NCBI GenBank assembly: GCA_022709825.1
Contig: JAKLIC010000001.1
Coordinates: 1-49,171 of the forward strand
Direction of reading: 5' to 3'
Origin: Bacteroidota bacterium
Lineage (GTDB): Bacteria > Bacteroidota > Bacteroidia > Flavobacteriales > Flavobacteriaceae
Length of the DNA: 49,171 nucleotides
A model generated the notes under the pieces. It did no database searches. It worked only from the letters and a program-made list of their open reading frames with translations, and had not been told where the DNA came from. Of the stretch, positions 37,844 to 47,432 are shown one piece after another. The translations under genes were made by a program, and so were the position numbers. Numbering within the stretch: the first letter of the stretch is position 1; the number at the start of each line of letters is the position of its first letter.

Positions 37844-39150
37844 TGAGTGTATTATCTTTAATAATCAAAAGAGAGTTTATTGCGAAAGTCCGCAACAAAT
37901 CATTCATTGTCATGACTTTTTTGAGTCCGCTATTGTTTGTGGGAATTGCTGTTTTTGTGGGTTATTTGGCTTCAATGAAAGCTGATTTAAAAAGCATTGC
38001 CATTCATGATGAAAGTGGTTATTTTGTGAATGAATTTAAAAATGATGCCGAATTTTCGTATCACGATTTGTCAAAAATAGATATAAATTTTTTGAAGGAT
38101 AGCATCATCAGCGAACGTTATGAAGGGTTGATATATTTCCCAAAAACAGCTAGCTTAGCTGAGATTCAAAAAAGCATACAATATATTTCAAATGATAGTC
38201 CATCAATGGATTATATCATGGATATTGAAGAAATTATTGCTAAGAAAATCACGCAAGCCAATTATGAAAAAATTGGATTGGATACTTTAAAAATCAATAG
38301 TGCTAAAGCAAATGTAGATATTGTTTTGAAAAAATCTACCGGAGAAGATACTGTCAAAGGTTTGAACGAAATCAAATTGTTTTTGGGAGGTATTTTCGGG
38401 TATTTAATCATGATGTTTATTGTAATTTACGGCAACTTTGTCATGCGAAGTGTCATTGAAGAAAAAACGAATCGTATCATCGAAATCATTATTTCATCAG
38501 TGAAACCATTTCAATTGATGATGGGTAAAATCATCGGAAATTCATTAGCCGGAATTTTACAATTTTTAATTTGGACAATTTTAGGATTAGTGCTATTTTT
38601 TGTGTTTTCTTCTTTATTCGGCATGCAAATGGGAGCATCAACAACAGTTACTCCCGATATGGTAGCTTCAGCAAATCCGAATGGTTTTGCAGAGAAATTA
38701 CCTTTATACATCAATGAATTTAAACAATTACCACTAGGTACGCTTTTGGTTTCATTTGTCATATATTTTATTGGAGGTTTCTTTTTATACAGTTCATTTT
38801 ATGCCGCCATAGGGGCAGCTGTGGATAACGAAACTGATTCACAACAGTTTTTATTGCCAATTATTTTACCGTTAATTTTAGGAGTTTACATAGGTTTTTT
38901 CACTGTTTTAAATGACCCACATGGAACTGTTGCAACAGTGTTTTCAATTATTCCGTTAACTTCACCCATTGTGATGCTGATGCGAATTCCATTTGGAGTA
39001 CCTTGGTGGCAATTGGTTTTGTCAATGGTTATATTGTATGCAACCTTTTTATTTGTGGTGTGGTTCGCCGCAAAAATTTATCGTGTCGGAATCTTAATGT
39101 ATGGCAAAAAACCAAGTTGGAAAGAATTATATAAATGGTTGAAGTATTAA
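37843..39150 (+). CDS. ABC-2 type permease (NatB/YhaP-like)
   Basis: KREF...VR.KSF, EEKTNRI.E, LMMGKI.G; 1+5 TM layout; TAATG coupling to the ATPase gene. Confidence 0.9.
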   Translation: MSVLSLIIKREFIAKVRNKSFIVMTFLSPLLFVGIAVFVGYLASMKADLKSIAIHDESGYFVNEFKNDAEFSYHDLSKIDINFLKDSIISERYEGLIYFPKTASLAEIQKSIQYISNDSPSMDYIMDIEEIIAKKITQANYEKIGLDTLKINSAKANVDIVLKKSTGEDTVKGLNEIKLFLGGIFGYLIMMFIVIYGNFVMRSVIEEKTNRIIEIIISSVKPFQLMMGKIIGNSLAGILQFLIWTILGLVLFFVFSSLFGMQMGASTTVTPDMVASANPNGFAEKLPLYINEFKQLPLGTLLVSFVIYFIGGFFLYSSFYAAIGAAVDNETDSQQFLLPIILPLILGVYIGFFTVLNDPHGTVATVFSIIPLTSPIVMLMRIPFGVPWWQLVLSMVILYATFLFVVWFAAKIYRVGILMYGKKPSWKELYKWLKY

Positions 39151-39215
39151 CCTCATTTTTTAAATAAATAATAACATACGTTTTTCAGTACATCAGTACC
39201 TTAGCACCAAAAAAA

Positions 39216-40379
39216 ATGTCAAAAATATTAATCATTGAAGATGAAGCCGCTATCCGAAGAGTTTTGACAAAGATTCTTTCGGAAGAAAATGATACCTATC
39301 AAGTAGAAGATGTTGAAGACGGAATTCAAGGTCTTGAAAAAATTAAAAACGAAGACTACGATTTGGTACTTTGCGATATTAAAATGCCAAAAATGGATGG
39401 AGTTGAAGTATTGGAAGCAATCAAAAAATTGAAACCAGAAATTCCGGTAGTGATGATTTCCGGACACGGAGATTTGGAAACAGCTGTAAATACCATGCGT
39501 TTGGGGGCATTTGATTATATTTCGAAACCACCCGATTTAAATCGATTATTGAACACTGTTCGAAATGCTTTAGACAGAAAACAACTCGTTGTTGAAAATA
39601 AAATACTGAAAAAGAAAGTCAGTAAAAATTATGAAATGATAGGGGAGTCAGAGCCTATTAATCATATCAAAAGCATGATTGAAAAAGTGGCTCCAACCGA
39701 TGCACGGGTATTAATTACAGGTCCAAACGGCACCGGAAAAGAATTAGTGGCTCATCAATTACATGAAAAAAGTGAACGAGCCTCTTTTCCAATCATTGAA
39801 GTGAATTGTGCTGCCATTCCTTCGGAATTAATCGAGAGTGAGTTATTCGGACATGTGAAAGGAGCTTTTACATCAGCAGTAAAAGACCGAGCCGGAAAAT
39901 TTGAAGCTGCAGATGGCGGAACCATTTTTTTAGATGAAATTGGTGATATGAGTTTAGCAGCACAAGCCAAAGTACTTCGTGCACTTCAGGAAAGTTTAAT
40001 TCAACGGGTAGGTGCTGATAAAGATATTAAAGTGAATGTTCGTGTGCTGGCAGCTACAAATAAAGATTTAAAAAAGGAAATAGCCGAAGGTCGTTTTCGT
40101 GAAGATCTATACCATCGATTGGCGGTCATTTTAATTAAGGTTCCTGCTCTAAATGAACGAAGAGATGATATTCCCCTATTAATTGAACATTTTGCTTCTA
40201 AAATTGCTGAAGAACAAGGTAATTCTCCAAAACATTTTTCATTAAATGCTATTAATTTATTGAAGGAATACGATTGGACCGGAAATATTCGCGAACTTCG
40301 CAACGTGGTAGAACGTTTAATCATATTGGGAGGAAATGAAATTTCTGAGAATGATGTAAAACTATTTGCGAGTAAGTAA
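39216..40379 (+). CDS. Sigma54-interacting response regulator (receiver + AAA+), no C-terminal HTH
   Basis: IEDE, CDIKMP (phospho-Asp), GPNGTGKE, ELFGHVKGAFTSA, FLDEIG, WTGNIREL; ends ~25 aa later. Confidence 0.9.
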   Translation: MSKILIIEDEAAIRRVLTKILSEENDTYQVEDVEDGIQGLEKIKNEDYDLVLCDIKMPKMDGVEVLEAIKKLKPEIPVVMISGHGDLETAVNTMRLGAFDYISKPPDLNRLLNTVRNALDRKQLVVENKILKKKVSKNYEMIGESEPINHIKSMIEKVAPTDARVLITGPNGTGKELVAHQLHEKSERASFPIIEVNCAAIPSELIESELFGHVKGAFTSAVKDRAGKFEAADGGTIFLDEIGDMSLAAQAKVLRALQESLIQRVGADKDIKVNVRVLAATNKDLKKEIAEGRFREDLYHRLAVILIKVPALNERRDDIPLLIEHFASKIAEEQGNSPKHFSLNAINLLKEYDWTGNIRELRNVVERLIILGGNEISENDVKLFASK

Positions 40380-40445
40380 AATGGTAATTGGTAGTAGGCG
40401 AAAAAAAATCCCTTTAACAATCATCCATTACCTTAAAAATGAAAT

Positions 40446-41057
40446 ATGCAATTAAAAAAAATAAATCCCAAGCTTCAGCAGGCTTTAATTGAAAATGGTC
40501 TAACAGAAGCGAATGAATTACAGCATGAAACCTTTTCAACTTTAAAAAGTGGAGTAGATGCTGTTATACAGTCGCCCCCTAAAAGCGGAAAAACAACTAC
40601 GCTTGTTTTAAATGTTATTCAGCGATTAGAAAAAGCGATTGGTGAAAGCACAAGAGCCTTAGTTATGGTTGAAAATCGTGATAAAGTGCTCGAAACAGTC
40701 GAGTTATTTCAAAAATTAGGCAATCATTTAGATTTGCGTGTTATTGGTGTGCATGAAAAAGGGGATATTGATTATGACAAAAATCAAATTTCTTTGGGTA
40801 TGGATATTTTAGTTGGAACGCCAACTAAAATAAACGATATGTTCTCTTCTGCAGGATTTAACATGAATACAATTAAGCTATTTATGGTTGATGATGCCGA
40901 AGTTATGTTCAGAAACCGAATGGACGCTATCATTTTAAGACTTTCTTTGAGTGTAGAGAAAACGCAACGCGTCTTTTTTTGTTCAACTATCACAGAACGT
41001 GTAGAAGTTTTAGCAGATAAAATTATGATTGAACCGCTTTTCTTTGAAGCGGAATAA
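40446..41057 (+). CDS. Stand-alone DEAD-box-like N-terminal RecA domain protein
   Basis: Q motif (ELQ), SGKT, ILVGTP, motif II DDAE, motif III CST; no helicase C-terminal domain. Confidence 0.75.
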   Translation: MQLKKINPKLQQALIENGLTEANELQHETFSTLKSGVDAVIQSPPKSGKTTTLVLNVIQRLEKAIGESTRALVMVENRDKVLETVELFQKLGNHLDLRVIGVHEKGDIDYDKNQISLGMDILVGTPTKINDMFSSAGFNMNTIKLFMVDDAEVMFRNRMDAIILRLSLSVEKTQRVFFCSTITERVEVLADKIMIEPLFFEAE

Positions 41058-41096
41058 ACTTATTACCAATTACTTTTAACACTTAACCTTTACAAA

Positions 41097-41315
41097 ATGG
41101 GCATGATCAAAATATTTTCAGGAAGTGAAATTTTAGCTTCAGCATTAAATGAAAAAATAGAAGCTATCGGGGTTGATGTTTTAAAAAAAGACAATATTCA
41201 ATCAGCACGCTTGGGTGGTTTCGGAAATTCTGATTTAGCTGTTGAGTTATTTATTGACGAACGTTATTATGGCAAAGTCAATGATGTAATTGAAGAGTTT
41301 AGAATGAGTATTTAA
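41097..41315 (+). CDS. Small DUF2007-like (putative signal-transducing) protein
   Basis: 72 aa; IFSGSEI.A......E..G.....KD....A...GFG.....VELF pattern. Confidence 0.65.
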   Translation: MGMIKIFSGSEILASALNEKIEAIGVDVLKKDNIQSARLGGFGNSDLAVELFIDERYYGKVNDVIEEFRMSI

Positions 41316-41318
41316 TTC

Positions 41319-42542
41319 TCATCTAAATATTTTCAAGTAATACGCCAAGACCGATATAAACACTCCGAACATTCCAATAAAAGCAAACGAATACCGCAAA
41401 CTGGTTAATTCGGCGATATGACCAATGATTGGTGGTCCCATTAAAAATCCTAAGAAACTTATTCCGGTCACAATCGTTAATGCTTCCCCTGTTGGTAAAG
41501 TTGTGATTCGTCCCGTAGTGCTGTAAACAATAGGAATGACATTAGAAACCCCAAATCCAACCATCATAAATGCGATTGTACTTGGAATCAAATACGGAAA
41601 AATTACAGCAGTATACAATCCCATCGAAATAGTAATTCCACTAAATAGTAATATTTTTTTTGCACCAAATTTCCGCACTAAAATATCACTTAAAAATCGT
41701 CCGGAGGCCATAGTAACCATGAATGATGTATAGCCTAAAATGACCAAAGCTCCCGGAGCTTTTACAATGTCCTTAAAATATACTCCACTCCAATCGAACA
41801 TAATTCCTTCACTTGCCATACAACAAAAACCGATTACACCCAACCAAACCAATGATTTATCGGGTTTTCCAAATCGGGGTTTTAATTCAAATGAATCACT
41901 TTTTACCACTTTGACTTTAGCCAGATTTCGATAATTGATAAAGATGATTACTCCGACAAGGGCAAATACAATAAGGAAATGCTGGTAAGGCGTCAATTTA
42001 AAAGCCATCATAACCAAACCTACCAAAGCTCCACAGAATCCCGCTAAACTCCAAGAACCATGAAACGAACCCATGATTGCTTTTTTAAATATCTGTTCGG
42101 TGTAAACGCCTTGTGTGTTAATTGAAATATTACTGAAATTTCCGCAAATTCCAAAAAGATATAATCCAAGTGCCAATTGCCAAGGTTGTTCGGCTAAACC
42201 AATATTTGTTAAACTAAAAGCATAAAAAGGTAATGCAAATAACAATACTTTTCTACTTCCAAAACGAGTAACAATTTTTCCGGAGAAAGGCATGGCAGAA
42301 AGTTGTCCAATAGGGAGTGCGAACAAAATAGTTCCCAATTCACCTTCGCTTAAATTTAAAAAAGATTTGATATCAGGAATTCTACTTGCCCATGAAGCAA
42401 AACAAAAACCCATCCCGAAGTAAAAAAACGACATCGCCAAACGCATCCGGTTCAAATAGGATTGTTTTGCTTTTTGATAGCTTTTTTTGTGTTTTTGCTG
42501 CGGAATAATTTTTCCTAAAAAACTGTAATCAATTAAAGGCAT
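41319..42542 (-). CDS. MFS transporter
   Basis: About 12 TM segments; ASWASRIP.IK, RFGSR, MGSFHG.WS, EG.MFDWS, GFLMGPP.IG. Confidence 0.9.
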   Translation of the reverse strand: MPLIDYSFLGKIIPQQKHKKSYQKAKQSYLNRMRLAMSFFYFGMGFCFASWASRIPDIKSFLNLSEGELGTILFALPIGQLSAMPFSGKIVTRFGSRKVLLFALPFYAFSLTNIGLAEQPWQLALGLYLFGICGNFSNISINTQGVYTEQIFKKAIMGSFHGSWSLAGFCGALVGLVMMAFKLTPYQHFLIVFALVGVIIFINYRNLAKVKVVKSDSFELKPRFGKPDKSLVWLGVIGFCCMASEGIMFDWSGVYFKDIVKAPGALVILGYTSFMVTMASGRFLSDILVRKFGAKKILLFSGITISMGLYTAVIFPYLIPSTIAFMMVGFGVSNVIPIVYSTTGRITTLPTGEALTIVTGISFLGFLMGPPIIGHIAELTSLRYSFAFIGMFGVFISVLAYYLKIFR

Positions 42543-42755
42543 CTTTTTTATTAACTAATTGAGACTACGAAATTAATTAAAAAAATAGTGTTAGAACTTG
42601 ATTTGTATGCCTTTGGCAAACTAATTATCCATTTTTCAAGAATTGTCTTGTTGAATTATGATATCCAAAATTAAATGTGGTACAATTTATCATTTTCAAA
42701 CATTCGGATTCCACAAATCGGTTATCTTTGCACCTTGAAAAATCAGAAATGTGAA

Positions 42756-42790
42756 CTGACTTCCAGTTTCCATCTTCTAACTTCCAACTT
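42756..42790 (+). repeat. Five degenerate 7-bp units in the ABC-F 5' leader
   Basis: CTGACTT CCAGTTT CCATCTT CTAACTT CCAACTT; -7 TATCTTTG at 42723-42730. Confidence 0.7.
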
Positions 42791-42796
42791 AAAAAT

Positions 42797-44431
42797 ATGA
42801 TTACAGTTAACGATATTGCCGTTCATTTTGGCGGAACCACTTTGTTTAGCGACGTTTCTTTCGCTATTAATGAAAATGATAAAATTGCCTTGATGGGTAA
42901 AAACGGTGCCGGTAAATCGACACTATTGAAAATTATCGCCGGAGAAGCAAAGGCTTCAACCGGAAACATTTCAGCTCCAAAAGATGCAGTGATTGCCTAT
43001 TTGCCACAGCATTTATTAACGAAAGATGATGCGACGGTGATGGAAGAAGCTTCGAAAGCTTTTGCAGAAATCTTTGACATGAAAAATGAAATCGATCATC
43101 TCAATGAACAATTGACTATTCGAACCGATTATGAAAGCGACGATTATATGAAATTAATCGAGCGTGTGTCTGAAGTCAGTGAGAAATATTATTCTATTGA
43201 AGAAGTCAACTATGAAGCTGAGGTAGAAAAAGTATTAAAAGGTTTGGGTTTTGAACGCGAAGATTTTAACCGACCCACTTCTGAATTTTCCGGTGGCTGG
43301 AGAATGCGAATTGAATTGGCCAAGATTCTTTTGAAAAAACCCGATTTGATTTTATTGGATGAGCCTACCAATCACATGGATATTGAAAGTATTCAATGGT
43401 TAGAAGAGTTTTTAATCAATTCGGCCAAAGCGGTGATGGTCATTTCACATGATAGAGCTTTTGTCGATAATATCACCAATCGTACTATTGAAGTAACGAT
43501 GGGTCGTATTTATGATTACAAAGCCAAATATTCGCATTATTTGGAGTTGCGTAAAGACCGAAGAGTGCATCAACAAAAAGCCTATGATGAACAGCAAAAA
43601 ATGATTGCTGATAATATGGAGTTTATTGAGCGATTTAAAGGAACGTATTCAAAAACGTTGCAAGTACAATCGCGTGTGAAAATGTTAGAAAAATTAGTTC
43701 CGGTTGAAATTGACGAAATTGATAATTCGGCTTTGAAATTGAAATTCCCATCTTCTTTACGTTCTGGTCAATATCCGGTGGTGGTGAAAGATTTGGAAAA
43801 ATCATACGGTGATCATTTGATTTTTAAAGATGCCAATATTGTGATTGAACGCGGTGATAAAGTAGCTTTTGTGGGCAAAAATGGCGAAGGAAAATCAACC
43901 ATGATTAAAGCCATTATGAAAGAAATTGAAATCAATGGCGGAAGTGTTGAGATTGGTCACAATGCACAAATAGGCTATTTTGCTCAAAACCAAGCTTCGA
44001 TGTTGGATGAAAATGCTACTATTTTTGAAACGATTGATGATATTGCTGTTGGTGAAGTTCGCACACAAATTAAAAATATTTTAGGAGCATTCATGTTCCA
44101 AGGTGATGATATTACCAAGAAAGTAAAAGTTTTGTCCGGTGGAGAAAAAACACGGTTGGCAATGATTAAATTATTGTTGGAACCAGTGAATTTATTGATT
44201 TTAGATGAGCCATCCAATCACTTAGATATGAAAACCAAAGACATCATCAAAGATGCTTTACGTGATTTTGATGGGACTTTGATTTTAGTTTCCCACGATA
44301 GAGATTTCCTTGACGGATTGGCTACCAAAGTTTTCGAATTTGGTCATAAACGCGTGAAAGAACATTTTGAAGACATCAAAGGATTTTTAGCTATGAAAAA
44401 AATGGAAAGTTTAAGGGAGATTGAAAAATAG
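42797..44431 (+). CDS. ABC-F family ATP-binding protein (ribosome-associated)
   Basis: Two NBDs (GKNGAGKST/FSGGW/LDEPTNH and GKNGEGKST/LSGGE/LDEPSNH), helical linker, no TM segments. Confidence 0.95.
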   Translation: MITVNDIAVHFGGTTLFSDVSFAINENDKIALMGKNGAGKSTLLKIIAGEAKASTGNISAPKDAVIAYLPQHLLTKDDATVMEEASKAFAEIFDMKNEIDHLNEQLTIRTDYESDDYMKLIERVSEVSEKYYSIEEVNYEAEVEKVLKGLGFEREDFNRPTSEFSGGWRMRIELAKILLKKPDLILLDEPTNHMDIESIQWLEEFLINSAKAVMVISHDRAFVDNITNRTIEVTMGRIYDYKAKYSHYLELRKDRRVHQQKAYDEQQKMIADNMEFIERFKGTYSKTLQVQSRVKMLEKLVPVEIDEIDNSALKLKFPSSLRSGQYPVVVKDLEKSYGDHLIFKDANIVIERGDKVAFVGKNGEGKSTMIKAIMKEIEINGGSVEIGHNAQIGYFAQNQASMLDENATIFETIDDIAVGEVRTQIKNILGAFMFQGDDITKKVKVLSGGEKTRLAMIKLLLEPVNLLILDEPSNHLDMKTKDIIKDALRDFDGTLILVSHDRDFLDGLATKVFEFGHKRVKEHFEDIKGFLAMKKMESLREIEK

Positions 44432-44458
44432 GAAAAAGTTTATTATTGTTTTATAAAT

Positions 44459-44496
44459 AAAAATATCCCGTTAAAAATTAACGGGATATTTTTTTT
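44459..44496. terminator. Bidirectional terminator
   Basis: AAAAATATCCCGTTAA-AAA-TTAACGGGATATTTTT. Confidence 0.93.
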
Positions 44497-44515
44497 AAAT
44501 GAATTAACAACAGTA

Positions 44516-46456
44516 TTATAAATCAGTAATAATGAATTGACTTCTTCTGTTTAATTGGTGTTCAGCTTCAGAGCATTCTACATTATCAGCACATTTGTTT
44601 ACCAATTGGGTTTCTCCATAGCCTTTTGCTGTTAAACGTTCCGGAGCTATTCCGTGTTTGATTAACCAATCTCTAGTTGATTTTGCCCTACGGTCAGACA
44701 ATACTTCATTGTATTTATGAGTTTGACGACTATCTGTGTGTGAACGAATATCAATTTTCATCGTTGGATATTGGTTTAATACATCTAAAATTTTAGCAAT
44801 ATCTATCGCAGCATCTGGTCTTATGTTCCATTTGTCTAAATCAAAATAGATGAGGTTTATTCCAAATACGTCAGCTAAATCACCTCCTACAGGAATTGCT
44901 TTAACAGCACTGTCTAATTCAATTGGTAATTCTGTTATACCGCTTTCTTTGGCAATTATTACCGGAACTTCTTTTGTTGTGTAAGCTTCTTTTTCAGCTC
45001 TTACATAATATTTTTTCTCACAATCGACAATTCCAAAATCATAACGACCATCAAGGCCAGAAATAGTATCTCTTAACTTAGTGAATTTTTCATCAAATAA
45101 TGTCAGTTTTGTGTTTGGAAGAATTGCACCTGTATTTGCATCTGTAACAATACCTACTAGTGATTGCTCACAATCCCAATCAATTTCACGAGTTTCTAAG
45201 AATTTATAGATATCGTCATTTCCAACACCCGGTCTGTTTGAAGTTAAAAATCCTCTTTTTGAAGTTTTATTGATAATCAGGGCAAAATCATCATATTGAC
45301 TATTTGCAGATTCTCCAACATTATGAACTTGTTTAAACGAACCGTCTTTTTCTAATTTAGTTATGAAAATGTCTAATCCACCTAATCCTGGATGACCATC
45401 AGAAGCAAAATACAATTCATTGTCCGAAGTAATAAACGGGAATGTTTCACGACCTTCTGTGTTGATGTCAGAGCCCAAGTTTACAGGCGTTCCGAAAGAA
45501 CCATCTTCTTTGATGTCTACTTTATAAAGATCAGATAAGCCTTTTGTTCCTGGCATATCAGAGGCAAAATATAATGTTTTTTCATCAGCACTCAACGTTG
45601 GATGAGCAACTTGATAGCTATCGCTATTAAAAGGTAAAGCAGTGATATTTATCCATTTATCTTCTTCAAGAGTAGCTTTATATATTTTTAATAAAGTAAC
45701 CTTGTTTGCATCTTTTCCTTTTTTACCATCTAAGAAATTATTACGGGTAAAATAAACTGTCTTACCATCTTTAGTATAGGCAGGAGTTGATTCGTGGAAT
45801 TTAGTATTCAATTTCTTACCATATTTTCCTGCAGAAGATAAAACGCCTTCAGTAGTCATATCTGCTGAATATAGATTTGAAAAATATTGGTCAGTCCAAC
45901 TGTGTTTTCTTTTCGAAAAATTACCTGTATCACGAGTGGATGTAAAAACCACCTTGTCCAGATAAAATGCAGGACCATAATCTGAATATTCCGAATTGAT
46001 TCCGGCATCTTCAATTTTATATCGACCTGAGTTTTTCTTGATTTCTTCGCGGTAATCTTTTTTAGTTTTCGCTATTAAACCTCTTGAGTCATTTCCGCTT
46101 TTCAGATTAAATTTTGCCATCATTTCATCAGCTTTAGCGTAATTGCCAACTCCTTTTAATGATTGTGCGTAACGGAAAAAATATTCAGGTTCAACTTCTT
46201 CGGTCATTGCAAAAAGTTCACCATACCATTTTTCAGCGTTCACTAAATCGGCATTGTAATAGTAGGCATTTCCAATTTTTTGCAACATATCAGGCGTTTT
46301 AAAGCCTTTTTCGGCCACTCGCTCATAGGTTTTAATTGCATCTATGTAGGCGAATTTATCATAGTTCTTATCTGCTTTTTTTACTCCCGCTTTTTGGGCT
46401 GAAACATTTAAAGCGATACAACTTAATAAAGTGATGTATATAAATTTTATTTTCAT
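44516..46456 (-). CDS. PorE-like OmpA-family protein (TPR, PD40/WD40 propeller, carboxypeptidase-regulatory-like, OmpA C-terminal domains)
   Basis: TPR N-terminus, LYFASD.PG..G.D repeats, IYFDLDK, SHTDSR...YN..LS.RRA, GYGE, NRR. Confidence 0.9.
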   Translation of the reverse strand: MKIKFIYITLLSCIALNVSAQKAGVKKADKNYDKFAYIDAIKTYERVAEKGFKTPDMLQKIGNAYYYNADLVNAEKWYGELFAMTEEVEPEYFFRYAQSLKGVGNYAKADEMMAKFNLKSGNDSRGLIAKTKKDYREEIKKNSGRYKIEDAGINSEYSDYGPAFYLDKVVFTSTRDTGNFSKRKHSWTDQYFSNLYSADMTTEGVLSSAGKYGKKLNTKFHESTPAYTKDGKTVYFTRNNFLDGKKGKDANKVTLLKIYKATLEEDKWINITALPFNSDSYQVAHPTLSADEKTLYFASDMPGTKGLSDLYKVDIKEDGSFGTPVNLGSDINTEGRETFPFITSDNELYFASDGHPGLGGLDIFITKLEKDGSFKQVHNVGESANSQYDDFALIINKTSKRGFLTSNRPGVGNDDIYKFLETREIDWDCEQSLVGIVTDANTGAILPNTKLTLFDEKFTKLRDTISGLDGRYDFGIVDCEKKYYVRAEKEAYTTKEVPVIIAKESGITELPIELDSAVKAIPVGGDLADVFGINLIYFDLDKWNIRPDAAIDIAKILDVLNQYPTMKIDIRSHTDSRQTHKYNEVLSDRRAKSTRDWLIKHGIAPERLTAKGYGETQLVNKCADNVECSEAEHQLNRRSQFIITDL

Positions 46457-46468
46457 GACTGTTGCTTA

Positions 46469-47380
46469 TTAGAAGAATCTTGGTGAAACAATTTTGTTAT
46501 GTCTTTGGAACAATTCAAAGCGTAAAAATACTTCATGTGAACCTGAATTGTAGTTTTTTAATTCTGTTGTTTCCATATCATAGCCATATCCTATGTATAA
46601 TCCGTCGGAAACTTGAAATCCTGCCATTGCACTAACGGCAGCATCCCATCTCCAAGCAGCACCTAACACAAATTTATCCATTATTAGGAAATTAGCGGAT
46701 AAGTCTACTTGTAATGGAGCACCTTCAGTAGCTTTAGTCATTAAGGCAGGTTTAAACTTAAGATTGTAACTTAAATCGAAAACATGACCTGCAATAAAAT
46801 AAAAACTCATTCTTTCTTTATTGATTGCAACAGAGTTGTCATCATAACGGGTAGTCTCAAAAAAGCTAGGAACAGAAAGACCAAAGTATGTTTTATCCGA
46901 ATGGAAATAAACACCGGCTCCAATATTAGGAGTGAACTTATTTTCTAGATCTGCAAACTGTGGATCTCCTTGATCAGCTGGATTTAACTTATTTACATCC
47001 AAGTTAAATAAATTTGCCGATGCTTTAATACCAAACGAAAGTTTGTAGGTTTCAGAGGTATTAATGGAGTAAGATAAATCTGCTGAAATAGTGTTCTCGT
47101 TTGTTGGACCTATTCGATCATTTACAAAGGATAAACCTAAACCTAGATTACTCTCATTTATTGGTGTGTTAATAGAGGCAGTATTCGTTACTGGTGCACC
47201 ATCTAATCCAACCCATTGGGTTCTGTGCAGTCCGAAAATACTCATTACTCCTCTCGATCCGGCATAAGCAGGATTGACATTTATTGTGTTATACATGTAT
47301 TGCGTATACTGAGCATCTTGCTGAGCGAATCCAGCAAAACCTGTTAACATCAAAGCGAAAAATAAAAATTTTGTTCTCAT
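46469..47380 (-). CDS. T9SS PorP/SprF family outer-membrane protein
   Basis: AQQDAQYTQYMYN...NPAYAG, RTQWVG..GAP.T, GYGYD, GSHE, SPRFF. Confidence 0.95.
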   Translation of the reverse strand: MRTKFLFFALMLTGFAGFAQQDAQYTQYMYNTINVNPAYAGSRGVMSIFGLHRTQWVGLDGAPVTNTASINTPINESNLGLGLSFVNDRIGPTNENTISADLSYSINTSETYKLSFGIKASANLFNLDVNKLNPADQGDPQFADLENKFTPNIGAGVYFHSDKTYFGLSVPSFFETTRYDDNSVAINKERMSFYFIAGHVFDLSYNLKFKPALMTKATEGAPLQVDLSANFLIMDKFVLGAAWRWDAAVSAMAGFQVSDGLYIGYGYDMETTELKNYNSGSHEVFLRFELFQRHNKIVSPRFF

Positions 47381-47432
47381 TTAGTTTCTTTTTTTAGAAA
47401 CCCGAGGGTCGTTAAACCCTCAGGAGTTTATT

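Noticed and set aside
2260..44217. Many 60-140 aa ORFs nested in or antisense to long genes (e.g. 9512-9727, 26136-26408, 40001-40420)
   Set aside because: Shadow frames of well-supported genes, with no recognisable motifs or expression signals.
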